Below are positions 49,687-59,532 of a DNA stretch of 64,000 nucleotides, in pieces. Numbering within the stretch: the stretch's first letter is position 1; every line of letters starts with the position of its first letter. The notes beneath the pieces are model-generated. The model saw nothing but the letters and a program-made list of their open reading frames with translations. It made no database searches and had not been told where the DNA came from. The stretch lies in the IMG/VR virus record IMGVR_UViG_3300032268_000966; one strand, 5' to 3'. This DNA comes from an uncultured virus (IMG/VR IMGVR_UViG_3300032268_000966). Its lineage: Duplodnaviria; Heunggongvirae; Uroviricota; Caudoviricetes. A program made the translations under genes and the position numbers.

Positions 49687-50390
49687 AATATGTATGTTAA
49701 GTCTTTGTCGAACATATGTTCAACTTGATGAAAACTTGGTGGGTTATGTCTTGAATAAACCGTAACATTTTTCAAACCAAGTTTTGAGATTATGTAGAGA
49801 ATTGATGTCTCTACGGTATAAATGTGTTTAGCCTTTAATAAAAGTCCAATCCAATCGAATAAATTATCCCAACCAAGATATTCCATCTCGACTGAGTTTT
49901 CATATTTTCCCATATGTGGACATGGTTTTGAATGTGGAGGTGAGCCAAACATTCTGTTAACAAAAACAAATTCTTTATCTTGTACACCATAGTGGTCAAT
50001 AAGTTTTTGTTCTCTTTCTAAATTTCTTTCAAACTCGAAATAATCTAACCAGTCAGATGAGTCTATACTAACCATTTTATATTTTGCCTGCATAACAGAA
50101 ATGTCAGGGAAATGTCTATCAAAATGTTGTATTGGTAGATAAATTGAATCATCAGCAATTTGTACAGGTTTACTGTACCCTTCCAAATAGATGTTTTTGT
50201 GAGGGAAATTTTCATTTTCAGTTACAAATTTCAATCCATCAACTTTAATGTAGTTTTTGATAAATTCAAACTGTTGAATTACTGGCCACCAAACTTCATA
50301 CCCTTTAGATATTAAATCTTTGGCAATTTTTTGAGTGAAAAAAATATCTCCAATTCCCGCAGGCTGTCGTATTAAACAAATTTTAGACAT
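49683..50390 (-). CDS. putative glycosyltransferase/glycan-modifying protein
   Basis: QPAGIGD...KA.HIYTVETS, loosely GT9-like; cluster context. Confidence 0.5.
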   Translation of the reverse strand: MSKICLIRQPAGIGDIFFTQKIAKDLISKGYEVWWPVIQQFEFIKNYIKVDGLKFVTENENFPHKNIYLEGYSKPVQIADDSIYLPIQHFDRHFPDISVMQAKYKMVSIDSSDWLDYFEFERNLEREQKLIDHYGVQDKEFVFVNRMFGSPPHSKPCPHMGKYENSVEMEYLGWDNLFDWIGLLLKAKHIYTVETSILYIISKLGLKNVTVYSRHNPPSFHQVEHMFDKDLTYIL

Positions 50391-51201
50391 AGTCTTTTAA
50401 GTGATTTTCAAAAATCCAATCGTCAAGAACACTGTATTTTTGTACTCTATCATAATTATCTTTAATAGCCTCTATTTTTGAATTATAAAGCTCTTCAGTT
50501 AGTGTTGTAATATCAAAAGTTCCATCAAAAAATATAATCCCATCTGAGTTAAAATATTCTGTAACTTTTGGAGTACCCATGTAAATTGGTATAGTACCAG
50601 TGGCAAAACAATCTAATATTTTTTCTGTGAAATAAGTATCATAGGTGTCATTTTCAACACAGAATGAAAAACGGTAATCAACTAATCCAATTTCTTTGTT
50701 TGGGATTTCTTGGATACCTCTACCAAATACATCAATCTTATCTTGGTTTGCCATTGCAAAATCATGTCTGATTTCATGTTGGCGTGTCCATCTTTTATTT
50801 GATGTAATCATAGATGCCATCTTAGTCTTTGGGTGTATTGCAAAGTCTTTAATGTAGACACCATAAGCGGGAGTCCATTTGAATTTAGGATTTAGTTGGA
50901 GTAGTTCATCATTGTGAGTCCAAATTTGTTCAAAAGTCTCAAGAACCTCATCTAAATGTTTTTTAATATTATCTACCGCACCACCATCAAATCTTCTTGA
51001 TTCAATAATCCAAAGAAATTTTTTCTTAACTCCCCCATCAACTTTATGGTCTTCAATCCCTTTAAATAAATCATTATCTAAATAAACCGAAATAGGGTTA
51101 TCGTAACTATTAAAACACCACTCAATATGGACTGGTGGTTTATTGGCTGTTGAGCCTTTGTCATGAGAAAAATTTCTCGATAGCATATTTAACTTAACCA
51201 T
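50383..51201 (-). CDS. GT10 alpha-1,3-fucosyltransferase-like
   Basis: YRFSFCVEN....YFTEKILDCF..GTIPIY.G; start moved to ATG 51201. Confidence 0.85.
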   Translation of the reverse strand: MVKLNMLSRNFSHDKGSTANKPPVHIEWCFNSYDNPISVYLDNDLFKGIEDHKVDGGVKKKFLWIIESRRFDGGAVDNIKKHLDEVLETFEQIWTHNDELLQLNPKFKWTPAYGVYIKDFAIHPKTKMASMITSNKRWTRQHEIRHDFAMANQDKIDVFGRGIQEIPNKEIGLVDYRFSFCVENDTYDTYFTEKILDCFATGTIPIYMGTPKVTEYFNSDGIIFFDGTFDITTLTEELYNSKIEAIKDNYDRVQKYSVLDDWIFENHLKDYV

Positions 51202-51998
51202 CCGTCTTCGTATTTTACTTCTAATACAATCCAATTAGGTTCGTATATATCTTTATAGTTTCTTGGTCCTCTTGGTCCAAACCAAATTGAAGGAGCCACG
51301 ATTTTCTTATTAGGGTTAGGGTTCAAAAATGTACCCCACCATGAGAATGTAGAATTAACCATGATATGGTTTTTACATAATGACATTAACCACATCTCTC
51401 TATAATCATCATCTTCAACGTAAGTTACGTTTTCAAACTTAAGATTTTCTTTAACCCAATCTTTGTCATCACTAAAAACAAATACATGAGAATATTCTCC
51501 AATTTCTTTAAGTGCTCTTTCAATATATATTTCATTTGCAATTGGATGAATGTCAGGATTCATAAAACAATCACCTCTACGAATGTGAACTGATAAAGTA
51601 TTCTCTTGTTTTAGTTCAGGATGTTTTTCATACATCTCTTGAATAAATTCTTCTGTTGGAGAAAATATTTTTCTTATCTCGTCGTTATAACCAAAAAAGT
51701 TTTTGCTGCTTTGGAAGTACCCGTCAAACACAGTGTCGTGGTCTTTAGCGTAAACATCAATGTATTCCCATGGGCCTTCACTAACTTTTTCAAATCCGTC
51801 AATACTCTCAACAAATTTCATGTTTCTAAAGATATTATTAAGGTAGTTTTCAGTTTGTCTTCCTTGCATTGGTGTCCAAGAACGTGGTACAAAAACAGCC
51901 TCTCTGTTCAATTTCATTGCGTGTGATAATGCGTGTGCTGCTTGGAACATTTGATTTCCCAATCCACCCATTAAATTACATGATATTAAATTACTCAT
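51189..51998 (-). CDS. GT11 alpha-1,2-fucosyltransferase-like
   Basis: GGLGNQMFQ, GYFQS, HIRRGD, FSDD, NSTFSWW. Confidence 0.92.
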   Translation of the reverse strand: MSNLISCNLMGGLGNQMFQAAHALSHAMKLNREAVFVPRSWTPMQGRQTENYLNNIFRNMKFVESIDGFEKVSEGPWEYIDVYAKDHDTVFDGYFQSSKNFFGYNDEIRKIFSPTEEFIQEMYEKHPELKQENTLSVHIRRGDCFMNPDIHPIANEIYIERALKEIGEYSHVFVFSDDKDWVKENLKFENVTYVEDDDYREMWLMSLCKNHIMVNSTFSWWGTFLNPNPNKKIVAPSIWFGPRGPRNYKDIYEPNWIVLEVKYEDGWLS

Positions 51999-52723
51999 CT
52001 AATTAATTTTTTTAATTTGGTTTTATTTCTTATTATGTTTGAACATCTTTCTTGTTCTTGGTGACCTCCACCTGTTGCACTTCCGACCTTATGGTCATTG
52101 TATGGGGAACCCGCGTTATAAACATAATATAGGTTTGGTAAAAATCTATAATTCTCTTTTCCAGCTAATTCTAATAATGAGAATGTATATGCAACATCTG
52201 CTGCTGATTTGAAATAACTTCCGTCATCGTCTCTCAAATAATCTTGAGGAATTGACTTCCATAAAAACGTTTTCCAAGTTCTTAGATGTGAAAATCTAAA
52301 TGCGTCTTTTCTTACAGTATCTGGATTACATTCTGATGAAAACCCTGAATTTCCGTCAGAGTACATAAATGAACCGTTAGTTAACCAAATTGTTTTATCT
52401 GAGTAAACTTTTCTAATATCACTGACAACTTCATTACTAAGTAAAAAATCATCACCGTCAATTTCAATTACAATATCTTCATTATCAAAAGTTGAAATTA
52501 ATTCGTCTAAGTTTTTTAACTTAAACTTTTTTTCTGTATTAATTATAAGTTTAAACCTATCGTCTCCTTTAATTAAATTTTTAACAACCTCAACCGTATT
52601 ATCAGTTGACATGTCGTCAATTAGATAAACTTCAAATTCATTATCTTTTTGGGTTTTTAAAGTCCTAATACAATTTTTAATGTAATTTTCAGCATTCCAA
52701 AAACAACAAACAAATTTTATCAT
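51995..52723 (-). CDS. Glycosyltransferase family 2
   Basis: WNAE.YI..CI, IDDMSTD.T, DGDD. Confidence 0.85.
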   Translation of the reverse strand: MIKFVCCFWNAENYIKNCIRTLKTQKDNEFEVYLIDDMSTDNTVEVVKNLIKGDDRFKLIINTEKKFKLKNLDELISTFDNEDIVIEIDGDDFLLSNEVVSDIRKVYSDKTIWLTNGSFMYSDGNSGFSSECNPDTVRKDAFRFSHLRTWKTFLWKSIPQDYLRDDDGSYFKSAADVAYTFSLLELAGKENYRFLPNLYYVYNAGSPYNDHKVGSATGGGHQEQERCSNIIRNKTKLKKLIR

Positions 52724-53880
52724 TGTAAATTAATAACGTATCCTTCAGGTGTTGTACCTTGTTTATAGAATTTAAGTCTACCATTGTAAGATTCACTTAA
52801 TGAGTGTAAGTTTTTAACTACCTCATCAATTTCGATAACATTAACCAAATAACCTTCATCTAATAAATCTATACATAATTTGAATTGTTGGGATTCTTCT
52901 AAAATATCTGTACCTCTTTTATATGTTATGTAATTCATAACAAATGGATTTTCTTTATTAGGGTTTAATGACATGTAATGGTTTTTTAGGAACAACGCGT
53001 GTTCTGTATTAAAGTCATCCACAGTTAATGGTAAATTTAATTCCATACCTAAATTCTTAGCATAATATCCTAATGCTCGATTATCTCTTGGAAGACAAGG
53101 TCCTCCAAACCCAAACCCGTATTTCATATATTTTTTACCAACTCTTGTATCTCCACCAATAGCACTTAACACTGTGTCAATTTCTAAGTTTAATCCTGAT
53201 TTCATTAGGATATCACCCATCATGTTGGCGTAACTAATTTTAGTTGTTAAAAAACAATTAATTCCAATTTTTGTAATTTCTGCAGCCTTTGGACTCATAA
53301 TATGAGCGTTGACAGAAGTTGTTTGTATTTTTTCGTAAATTTTAATTAGAAGATTTCCTAACTCAGGATAATCAGTTCCAATCAAAACAATATCAGATTG
53401 TTCAAGACCTTTTACAATTTCCCCTTGAGCAATAAACTCTGGATTGTATGCCACTTGAGTATTAAAGACCGCAAGCTTCTTTTGAATTTGTTCGGTGTCA
53501 CCAGGATTAGTAGTACACCCAATTATGAATTTTTTATCGTGAATAGGTAAATTTAATTGGGAAACCGTGAAAAAATCATTAGCTACCTCAAAAACTTTGG
53601 ATGTATCGTAATTACCATCCACGGTTGATGGAGTAGAGACAAATGTGAATATTACATCACATTGTTTAATTATTTCAATGTTATCTGTAGTTGCACTAAA
53701 GTTATGTACATCAAATAACATTTTTTGAATCTCAGGTTCATTAGTTAAACAAACTCCTTGATTTAAATTTTGTACATAATCTTCTCTTTTATCAGACACG
53801 AGTACATTGTATCCCGCCTTCTCACATAATAAAGCGAAAGTTAATCCTAATCTTCCTGCCCCAATAATTCCTATTTTCAT
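52720..53880 (-). CDS. UDP-glucose/GDP-mannose 6-dehydrogenase family
   Basis: GAGRLG, YNPEF, AEITK...N, FGGPCLPRD. Confidence 0.9.
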   Translation of the reverse strand: MKIGIIGAGRLGLTFALLCEKAGYNVLVSDKREDYVQNLNQGVCLTNEPEIQKMLFDVHNFSATTDNIEIIKQCDVIFTFVSTPSTVDGNYDTSKVFEVANDFFTVSQLNLPIHDKKFIIGCTTNPGDTEQIQKKLAVFNTQVAYNPEFIAQGEIVKGLEQSDIVLIGTDYPELGNLLIKIYEKIQTTSVNAHIMSPKAAEITKIGINCFLTTKISYANMMGDILMKSGLNLEIDTVLSAIGGDTRVGKKYMKYGFGFGGPCLPRDNRALGYYAKNLGMELNLPLTVDDFNTEHALFLKNHYMSLNPNKENPFVMNYITYKRGTDILEESQQFKLCIDLLDEGYLVNVIEIDEVVKNLHSLSESYNGRLKFYKQGTTPEGYVINLQ

Positions 53881-54680
53881 ACGATATTATTTTCTTTTAA
53901 ATCAAAAATTGGTATTGAAACCATTTTATGTTTATTTTTTGTGTTGAAGTTTGCGTAAGTTGTAAGTATTGTTTTTTCTTTTTCTGTTAATTCTAATTGT
54001 TCTGACCATTTATTCATACCATATTCCATAGCCCATTCAAGCTCATCATAAGTTGAACCTATTTGTGTTTCGTCAACTCTGTTGTCTTCCCATAGACCAT
54101 CTGTTGGTTCAGCGTTAATTATTTCTTGAGGTACTCCTAATAACTTACCTAACTCTCTAACTTCTGATTTATATAAATCAGCAATAGGGGAAATATCTAC
54201 TCCACCATCACCATACTTAGTATAAAATCCAACACCGAAGTCTTCAACTTTATTTCCTGTACCAATTACAATACCACCAGATGAAGCCGCTATTTGATAA
54301 AGAGACACCATTCGTAATCTTGATTTTGTATTTGCAAATCCAAGTTCAGAGTTAAACCTTTTATCAAATGCTTTATGAGATTTAAATGATTCAAATACGG
54401 GAGATAAATCTATATAGTATCCCTCAACATTATCATATTTCGCACTTAAAAGTGAAATTTGTAAATCAGATAACTTTGTATTTTCAGGACTTGAGTTTAT
54501 TGGCATTCCAACAACAATGGTCGGTATTCCTGTTTCAGCACATAATGTTGACACTACCGCTGAATCTATTCCACCTGAAACACCTACTACTAAAGTAGAT
54601 ATTCCATTTTCGTTTACGTAAGACTTAATCCAATCTTGTATTTTTATGGATAAGTTTTCATAGTCAATAATTCTATTCAT
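53877..54680 (-). CDS. nadE: NH3-dependent NAD+ synthetase
   Basis: GVSGGIDSAV, NTKSRLRM, GTGNKVE, FYTKYGDGG, PTDGLW. Confidence 0.93.
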   Translation of the reverse strand: MNRIIDYENLSIKIQDWIKSYVNENGISTLVVGVSGGIDSAVVSTLCAETGIPTIVVGMPINSSPENTKLSDLQISLLSAKYDNVEGYYIDLSPVFESFKSHKAFDKRFNSELGFANTKSRLRMVSLYQIAASSGGIVIGTGNKVEDFGVGFYTKYGDGGVDISPIADLYKSEVRELGKLLGVPQEIINAEPTDGLWEDNRVDETQIGSTYDELEWAMEYGMNKWSEQLELTEKEKTILTTYANFNTKNKHKMVSIPIFDLKENNIV

Positions 54681-56308
54681 TAAAGGATTTTTTGATACTC
54701 TTCTTTTATTTGTTTTGCGACGTTAGAGGAGAAGTATTTCTCTACGTCTACAGGAGGTTCGAATTTTTCTTTTGATAAAATAAATCCACCTGAATCTACT
54801 TTATAAATCCAACTTGGTTTTCCGCACATCCATCCTTCGATAGTTGTTCGTCCTAATTGAATTCCTGCAGTTTCTTCACATCTATATATGAAATTTTCTA
54901 CAGACCAAGTAGGAGGGAAATATTTTACATGAGGTTCAAATAAAACTTGTTGTAGATAGTTTGATTTGTCTTCTCCCACTAACCAAAGTTCTTTACCCTC
55001 CTCTTTTGTTCTCTCCATTAAATCTAAGATTGTTTCTTTTCTTAGATAATCTATGGTACCAACAAATAATACAGAATTTTCTGTCTTAACTAAAGGTTTT
55101 GGTTTAAATTTATCATTGTCAATTGGATTATAAATAATGTCAATTTGTTCTTCAGGTATTTCAAATTTATCTACAATATGGTCCTTAATTTCGGGTCTAA
55201 TTGCAATATATTTTTTAATTGATTCATGTTTGATAGGGTCTTCTAATTCTATAACTTCAGAATGAATAGAATAAATTTTATCTATCTCAGGATAAAATTG
55301 AATCATTCTTTCGGCAACAGGTTTATGTTGCATATGAATAATATCAAAGTTAACTTCAGAAACACGATACATTACATTTTCAGTTGATACTTTAAATCCT
55401 TCAGGTGTGTTGAATCCCCATTTACCATCACCAAGTTTAAATCCAGGTGCTGCTTCAAATGGTATACATTTAATCCCTAGTTTTTTTGCCATATCAGTTA
55501 ATGGCCCACCTATTTGGGACATAACAGTAACATCACAGTTTTGTTTAATTAAATTCTTTGCAAGTTCAAAAATATATAATTCAGAACCAGTAAAAGTTCT
55601 AAAGAACAAAGATGATATTAAAACTTTAATTCTTCTTTGTGGGTCGTAGTTAAGTTTAACAGGTAAATTTTTTGCGTATTTTGATTCAAACAATTTTCTA
55701 TTCTCTTCCCATTGTTCATTAGTTTGACCAATTGACCTGTGAGTAATTCTAATATTAGTAATAACACCAACTTTAACTCCTTCAATATGGTTTTCAAAAC
55801 AAAAAGGAATATCATAAAAGTGAAACCCTTTAAAGTCTTCGTTAAAATTCTTTTTAATTTTTCTTTTGTCAATTGCAATGAATAGACCGTCAACAACAAC
55901 TGTTTCTATAATTGAGTTACCTAAGGACTCTGAGTATTTTGATTCCCATTTCTTTCCATCACTTTCATGATTAACAATGCCAACCATCTTTCTTCTGTCT
56001 TCCCACCACATTCCACTACTTGGCATTTGAGTTGTTCCTGCCATACCAAGAATACCAAAATCACTTTTTTCAAAATGTTTTAATAATTTGTTATACCAAG
56101 AATTTGTATCAAAATATATATCATCATGACAAAACACAACAATGTCAGTCTTTGATTCTGACAAGACTTCATTATAAACTTGGGCAAGAGACTTCTCACC
56201 GTTGTTAACTTTTTCAATGACCTCAAGTTTTTTAAACCCTGAACTCTTTTTTAGATATTCTGTAAACTCTGGTTTACTCTCTCTTGTTGAGTATGCTATT
56301 GTAATCAT
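54680..56308 (-). CDS. Two-domain glycosyltransferase (GT-A + GT-B)
   Basis: N-terminal YN.....DIVVFCHDD, VDGLF, FHFYD; C-terminal TGSELY..ELA, GRTTIEGWMCG. Confidence 0.8.
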   Translation of the reverse strand: MITIAYSTRESKPEFTEYLKKSSGFKKLEVIEKVNNGEKSLAQVYNEVLSESKTDIVVFCHDDIYFDTNSWYNKLLKHFEKSDFGILGMAGTTQMPSSGMWWEDRRKMVGIVNHESDGKKWESKYSESLGNSIIETVVVDGLFIAIDKRKIKKNFNEDFKGFHFYDIPFCFENHIEGVKVGVITNIRITHRSIGQTNEQWEENRKLFESKYAKNLPVKLNYDPQRRIKVLISSLFFRTFTGSELYIFELAKNLIKQNCDVTVMSQIGGPLTDMAKKLGIKCIPFEAAPGFKLGDGKWGFNTPEGFKVSTENVMYRVSEVNFDIIHMQHKPVAERMIQFYPEIDKIYSIHSEVIELEDPIKHESIKKYIAIRPEIKDHIVDKFEIPEEQIDIIYNPIDNDKFKPKPLVKTENSVLFVGTIDYLRKETILDLMERTKEEGKELWLVGEDKSNYLQQVLFEPHVKYFPPTWSVENFIYRCEETAGIQLGRTTIEGWMCGKPSWIYKVDSGGFILSKEKFEPPVDVEKYFSSNVAKQIKEEYQKIL

Positions 56309-56312
56309 ATAA

Positions 56313-56930
56313 TTAAATTATTCCCGTACTTCCAAATCCGTTATCACCTCTGTCCTTATCTTCAATTTTATCAATCTTTTCTAATTGTACAAAAGTACCA
56401 TTAACAACAGGACATAAGACAGCTTGAGCAATTTTCATTCCTTTGGTTACAATCACTTCATGATTATTTGTATTAAACATAATCACTTTAATTTCTCCAT
56501 TATAACCTGAATCAACAGTTCCTGGTGTGTTTAGTACTGTTAATCCTTGGTTTATTGCTAAACCACTTTTAGGTCTAACTTGTATTTCATATTCATCAGG
56601 TATAGATAACTTAAGACCTGTTGGAATTAATGCTCTTCCGAATGCGGATAGTTTATAATCTATTGTTGAATATAAATCAAACCCTGAATCAGACGGGTAA
56701 GCGTAAGATGGAAATTTCGCATCTTCGTGTATTAATTCAACACCAAGACGTTTAGTTCTAAGAGTTATTTCAGTCTCTCTGTTCATTTCTTCAACTGACA
56801 TTCCCAACATATCTTCTAATTGTTTTATATAATCTAAATCAGGTTCTATTCCTGAATCTGATTTTATCTTTTCAAATTGTTCTAAAACTTGTGACCAAAC
56901 CTCTGGGGTTACTTCATTATCTTGTTTCAT
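56313..56930 (-). CDS. dut: Trimeric dUTPase with N-terminal extension
   Basis: SGFDL, RPKSGL, GTVDSGY.GE, KIAQ, RGDNGFGSTG. Confidence 0.95.
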   Translation of the reverse strand: MKQDNEVTPEVWSQVLEQFEKIKSDSGIEPDLDYIKQLEDMLGMSVEEMNRETEITLRTKRLGVELIHEDAKFPSYAYPSDSGFDLYSTIDYKLSAFGRALIPTGLKLSIPDEYEIQVRPKSGLAINQGLTVLNTPGTVDSGYNGEIKVIMFNTNNHEVIVTKGMKIAQAVLCPVVNGTFVQLEKIDKIEDKDRGDNGFGSTGII

Positions 56931-57631
56931 TATTTTAATTTTAATAGTTTGTTAATTACGTCGATTAAAACTGATACATCCTTTTCACAGTATTCAACAA
57001 TACCTAAGATATCTTTTTTAACCCAAAACGCTTCATGAACTTTATTACCTGTAACTTCCATGTTTTTAGATGATTCAACTCCTAAACAAACACACATTAA
57101 TTCTAACGATGCGATGGAACCATATCCACCGTATTGCCAAAGTTCCTTAGTATCTAAAGCTTTAATTTCCCATGGTTTAGTATCATGACCTGGTAATATT
57201 TTCGGAGGAAGAATACCATTCATCATCATTCTTTTTGCCAACATTGGAATATCAAATCCTTTAACATTGTGACCACATAAAAAGAAGTTTAATTCTCCAA
57301 CTCGTTTAAGCAGTTTTTGAACCTCCTCTAATAGTTTCTTTTCATCAGGGTCACTGAAAGATTGCATTTTGGTTTCACCTTTGTCTGTAACAAAGGCAAC
57401 ACTAACACAGGCAATTCTTGCAAACTCAGGTACTAATGCCGCTCTATTTACAAACATGTCACCAACAGGTTTATCTGCATCTTCAGGAAATCTTTTTTGA
57501 AACCAATCGTGGTAATTTTTAAATTGGTATGCTAGCTCAGGTCTGTTAGACTCAAGAGATTCCCAATCTGATTGAATACCGACAGTTTCGATATCTAAAA
57601 ATAAAATCTTCGTTAAAGGTATGTTTATCAT
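56930..57631 (-). CDS. DnaQ/PolB-type 3'-5' exonuclease (RNase H-like)
   Basis: FLDIET, GHNVKGFDIP, YCEKDV. Confidence 0.85.
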   Translation of the reverse strand: MINIPLTKILFLDIETVGIQSDWESLESNRPELAYQFKNYHDWFQKRFPEDADKPVGDMFVNRAALVPEFARIACVSVAFVTDKGETKMQSFSDPDEKKLLEEVQKLLKRVGELNFFLCGHNVKGFDIPMLAKRMMMNGILPPKILPGHDTKPWEIKALDTKELWQYGGYGSIASLELMCVCLGVESSKNMEVTGNKVHEAFWVKKDILGIVEYCEKDVSVLIDVINKLLKLK

Positions 57632-58842
57632 TATATGATTGATTTATAAAATTCTGCTCTTGTTTTTGTTACAACATTAAGGTCGTACTTGTCCTTTACG
57701 GTCTCATATAACCTTTCTCCCATATCTTTTGCTAAGTTAGGATTTTTTACCAACTTCTCAATAAATTTTGGCCAATCGGCGTGATTTCTATTTTCATTTA
57801 CTAACATAGCATTACCGTCAACAAACTCACCATTTTTCATACAATGTTTTAAATCGATAGTATAAGGACCTAAGTCAGATGCTATTAATGCTTTCTTATA
57901 AAATCCAGCTTCAATAACTTTCAACTGAGATTTCATTCTATTAAACATTGTGTTTTTAATTGGTGATAAGGACACATCAAATTTAGCATAATTTTTTGCA
58001 TATGATGTTACTGGTTTAGTCCAAACTCTCAAATATGGTTCGTCAATATCACCAGTATAACTTTCTTGATTATAGTTAATCAAATGTTTTTTATACTCAT
58101 CGGATACAATTGAATAGTTCTGTGTAAAGATTTTTTCATACTGAGCCCAAACAGTTTCATGAGGAAGAATATTACGTTTAGTTTGTTCTCCTGTTTGTGC
58201 ATTAATTTCAGTTACACTACCTCTAGTGTCAAATCCACATAATACATATTGAAGTTTATCTTTCAAAGAAAAAATCTTACCAAACCCTTGGTCTAATAAT
58301 TGAATATCATGTAAGTGGGAAGAACCTCCTAACCAACCAATTCTAAGTCTATCAGACTCTAATGTTGGTTCTTTAAATTGAGATTCGTTTGGATTAATTG
58401 CGTTAGGAAATACAACAACATTCTTATTTAATTTACTAATTTCATCAGCAAATAAAGATGTTGTGGTTGTAACATACTTTGCAACTTTTAAGTTCGCAGT
58501 AATTTTTTCATTAATCTTGTGAACTTTAATAATATCGTGGATGGGGTGTTCTTTACCAGGCATCCAATAATCATCAATATCACAAACAGTTATAACTCCT
58601 AATGAGTTTAACATTTGAATAAGACGATGAGCCCTTTCAAAATCGGGTCCGATACTTCTATGGAATGAAACTATTTGATATTGAGTCCAATAGTTAACGT
58701 CATCATACGGTGGTTCATAAACGATATCGACGTGAAAATCATCAGGATAGAGATTTTGTAAAAAGATGTGCGGGTCTACTGACCTAAACTTACCAACTCC
58801 TGTTCTATCGGATGGTACAACGAGTACTTTGATTTTTGACAT
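57631..58842 (-). CDS. GT-B glycosyltransferase
   Basis: DIDD, IGWLGG.SH..D, FN.MKSQLKVIEAG, IASD.GPY. Confidence 0.8.
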   Translation of the reverse strand: MSKIKVLVVPSDRTGVGKFRSVDPHIFLQNLYPDDFHVDIVYEPPYDDVNYWTQYQIVSFHRSIGPDFERAHRLIQMLNSLGVITVCDIDDYWMPGKEHPIHDIIKVHKINEKITANLKVAKYVTTTTSLFADEISKLNKNVVVFPNAINPNESQFKEPTLESDRLRIGWLGGSSHLHDIQLLDQGFGKIFSLKDKLQYVLCGFDTRGSVTEINAQTGEQTKRNILPHETVWAQYEKIFTQNYSIVSDEYKKHLINYNQESYTGDIDEPYLRVWTKPVTSYAKNYAKFDVSLSPIKNTMFNRMKSQLKVIEAGFYKKALIASDLGPYTIDLKHCMKNGEFVDGNAMLVNENRNHADWPKFIEKLVKNPNLAKDMGERLYETVKDKYDLNVVTKTRAEFYKSII

Positions 58843-58859
58843 AAATTTTAATATATACT

Positions 58860-58867
58860 CAAAAGTA
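58860..58867 (-). promoter_or_regulatory. TACTTTTG host-type element heading the glycosylation run
   Basis: TAnnTTTG match 17 nt before ATG 58842. Confidence 0.45.
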
Positions 58868-58896
58868 TAACAAAATATGTCAAATAAGAAAAGGTG

Positions 58897-59526
58897 TTAG
58901 GCCAACTTTTTAATTTTGGTAACTTTACCTTCAAACACGTGCTTACCTACTTTAAAGCTAAAAATTTCATTAGATTTTTCAGAACTTTCCATAAGTAATC
59001 CGTTTTCTCTAAGTGCATTACTTACGGCTTCATTAATCATTTTTTGAATTAATTTGTAATTAATACCACTAACACTAGAAGTTTGTTGTGGAGATTCCGA
59101 TTGAGTTTTTGGTTTTGCTGATTCAGGAACATATCCACTATCATTACCTCTCATCAATCTTGACGCTCTTTCAATTAAGTCATTAGATAATGTTGCTTCA
59201 GGTTGTTGTTGTTGCGCAATTGGATGTTCCATCATTAACCTCTTAATATCATCAGGAAGTTTTGAATTTTTAATTGCATCAACGGTTGGATTACCAACTG
59301 GTTTTGTATTCACTCTAGGGAGCTCTGATAAATAAGGTTGTTGAACTTGTGGTTGTTCTTGTAGATATTCTTGAGGAATATTATACTTTGCTTGTGGCAT
59401 ATCAAAATCTTGCAAAGATGTTGGAGGTAATCCTCCACTCATTGTATTATTACTTTTACCAAATTTTGGACTATCCATAATAGCTTTAGATGCCGCTAAT
59501 CTGCTCATTAAATCATTTTCGTTCAT
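58897..59526 (-). CDS. hypothetical protein
   Basis: 209-aa Q/P-rich ORF. Confidence 0.7.
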   Translation of the reverse strand: MNENDLMSRLAASKAIMDSPKFGKSNNTMSGGLPPTSLQDFDMPQAKYNIPQEYLQEQPQVQQPYLSELPRVNTKPVGNPTVDAIKNSKLPDDIKRLMMEHPIAQQQQPEATLSNDLIERASRLMRGNDSGYVPESAKPKTQSESPQQTSSVSGINYKLIQKMINEAVSNALRENGLLMESSEKSNEIFSFKVGKHVFEGKVTKIKKLA

Positions 59527-59532
59527 AATATA

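Noticed and set aside
35849..58842. Host LPS/capsule locus or bacterial contamination
   Set aside because: The run is coupled to a phage sigma gene, interleaved with phoH, dut and an exonuclease, flanked by phage late genes, and lacks wzx/wzy/wza.
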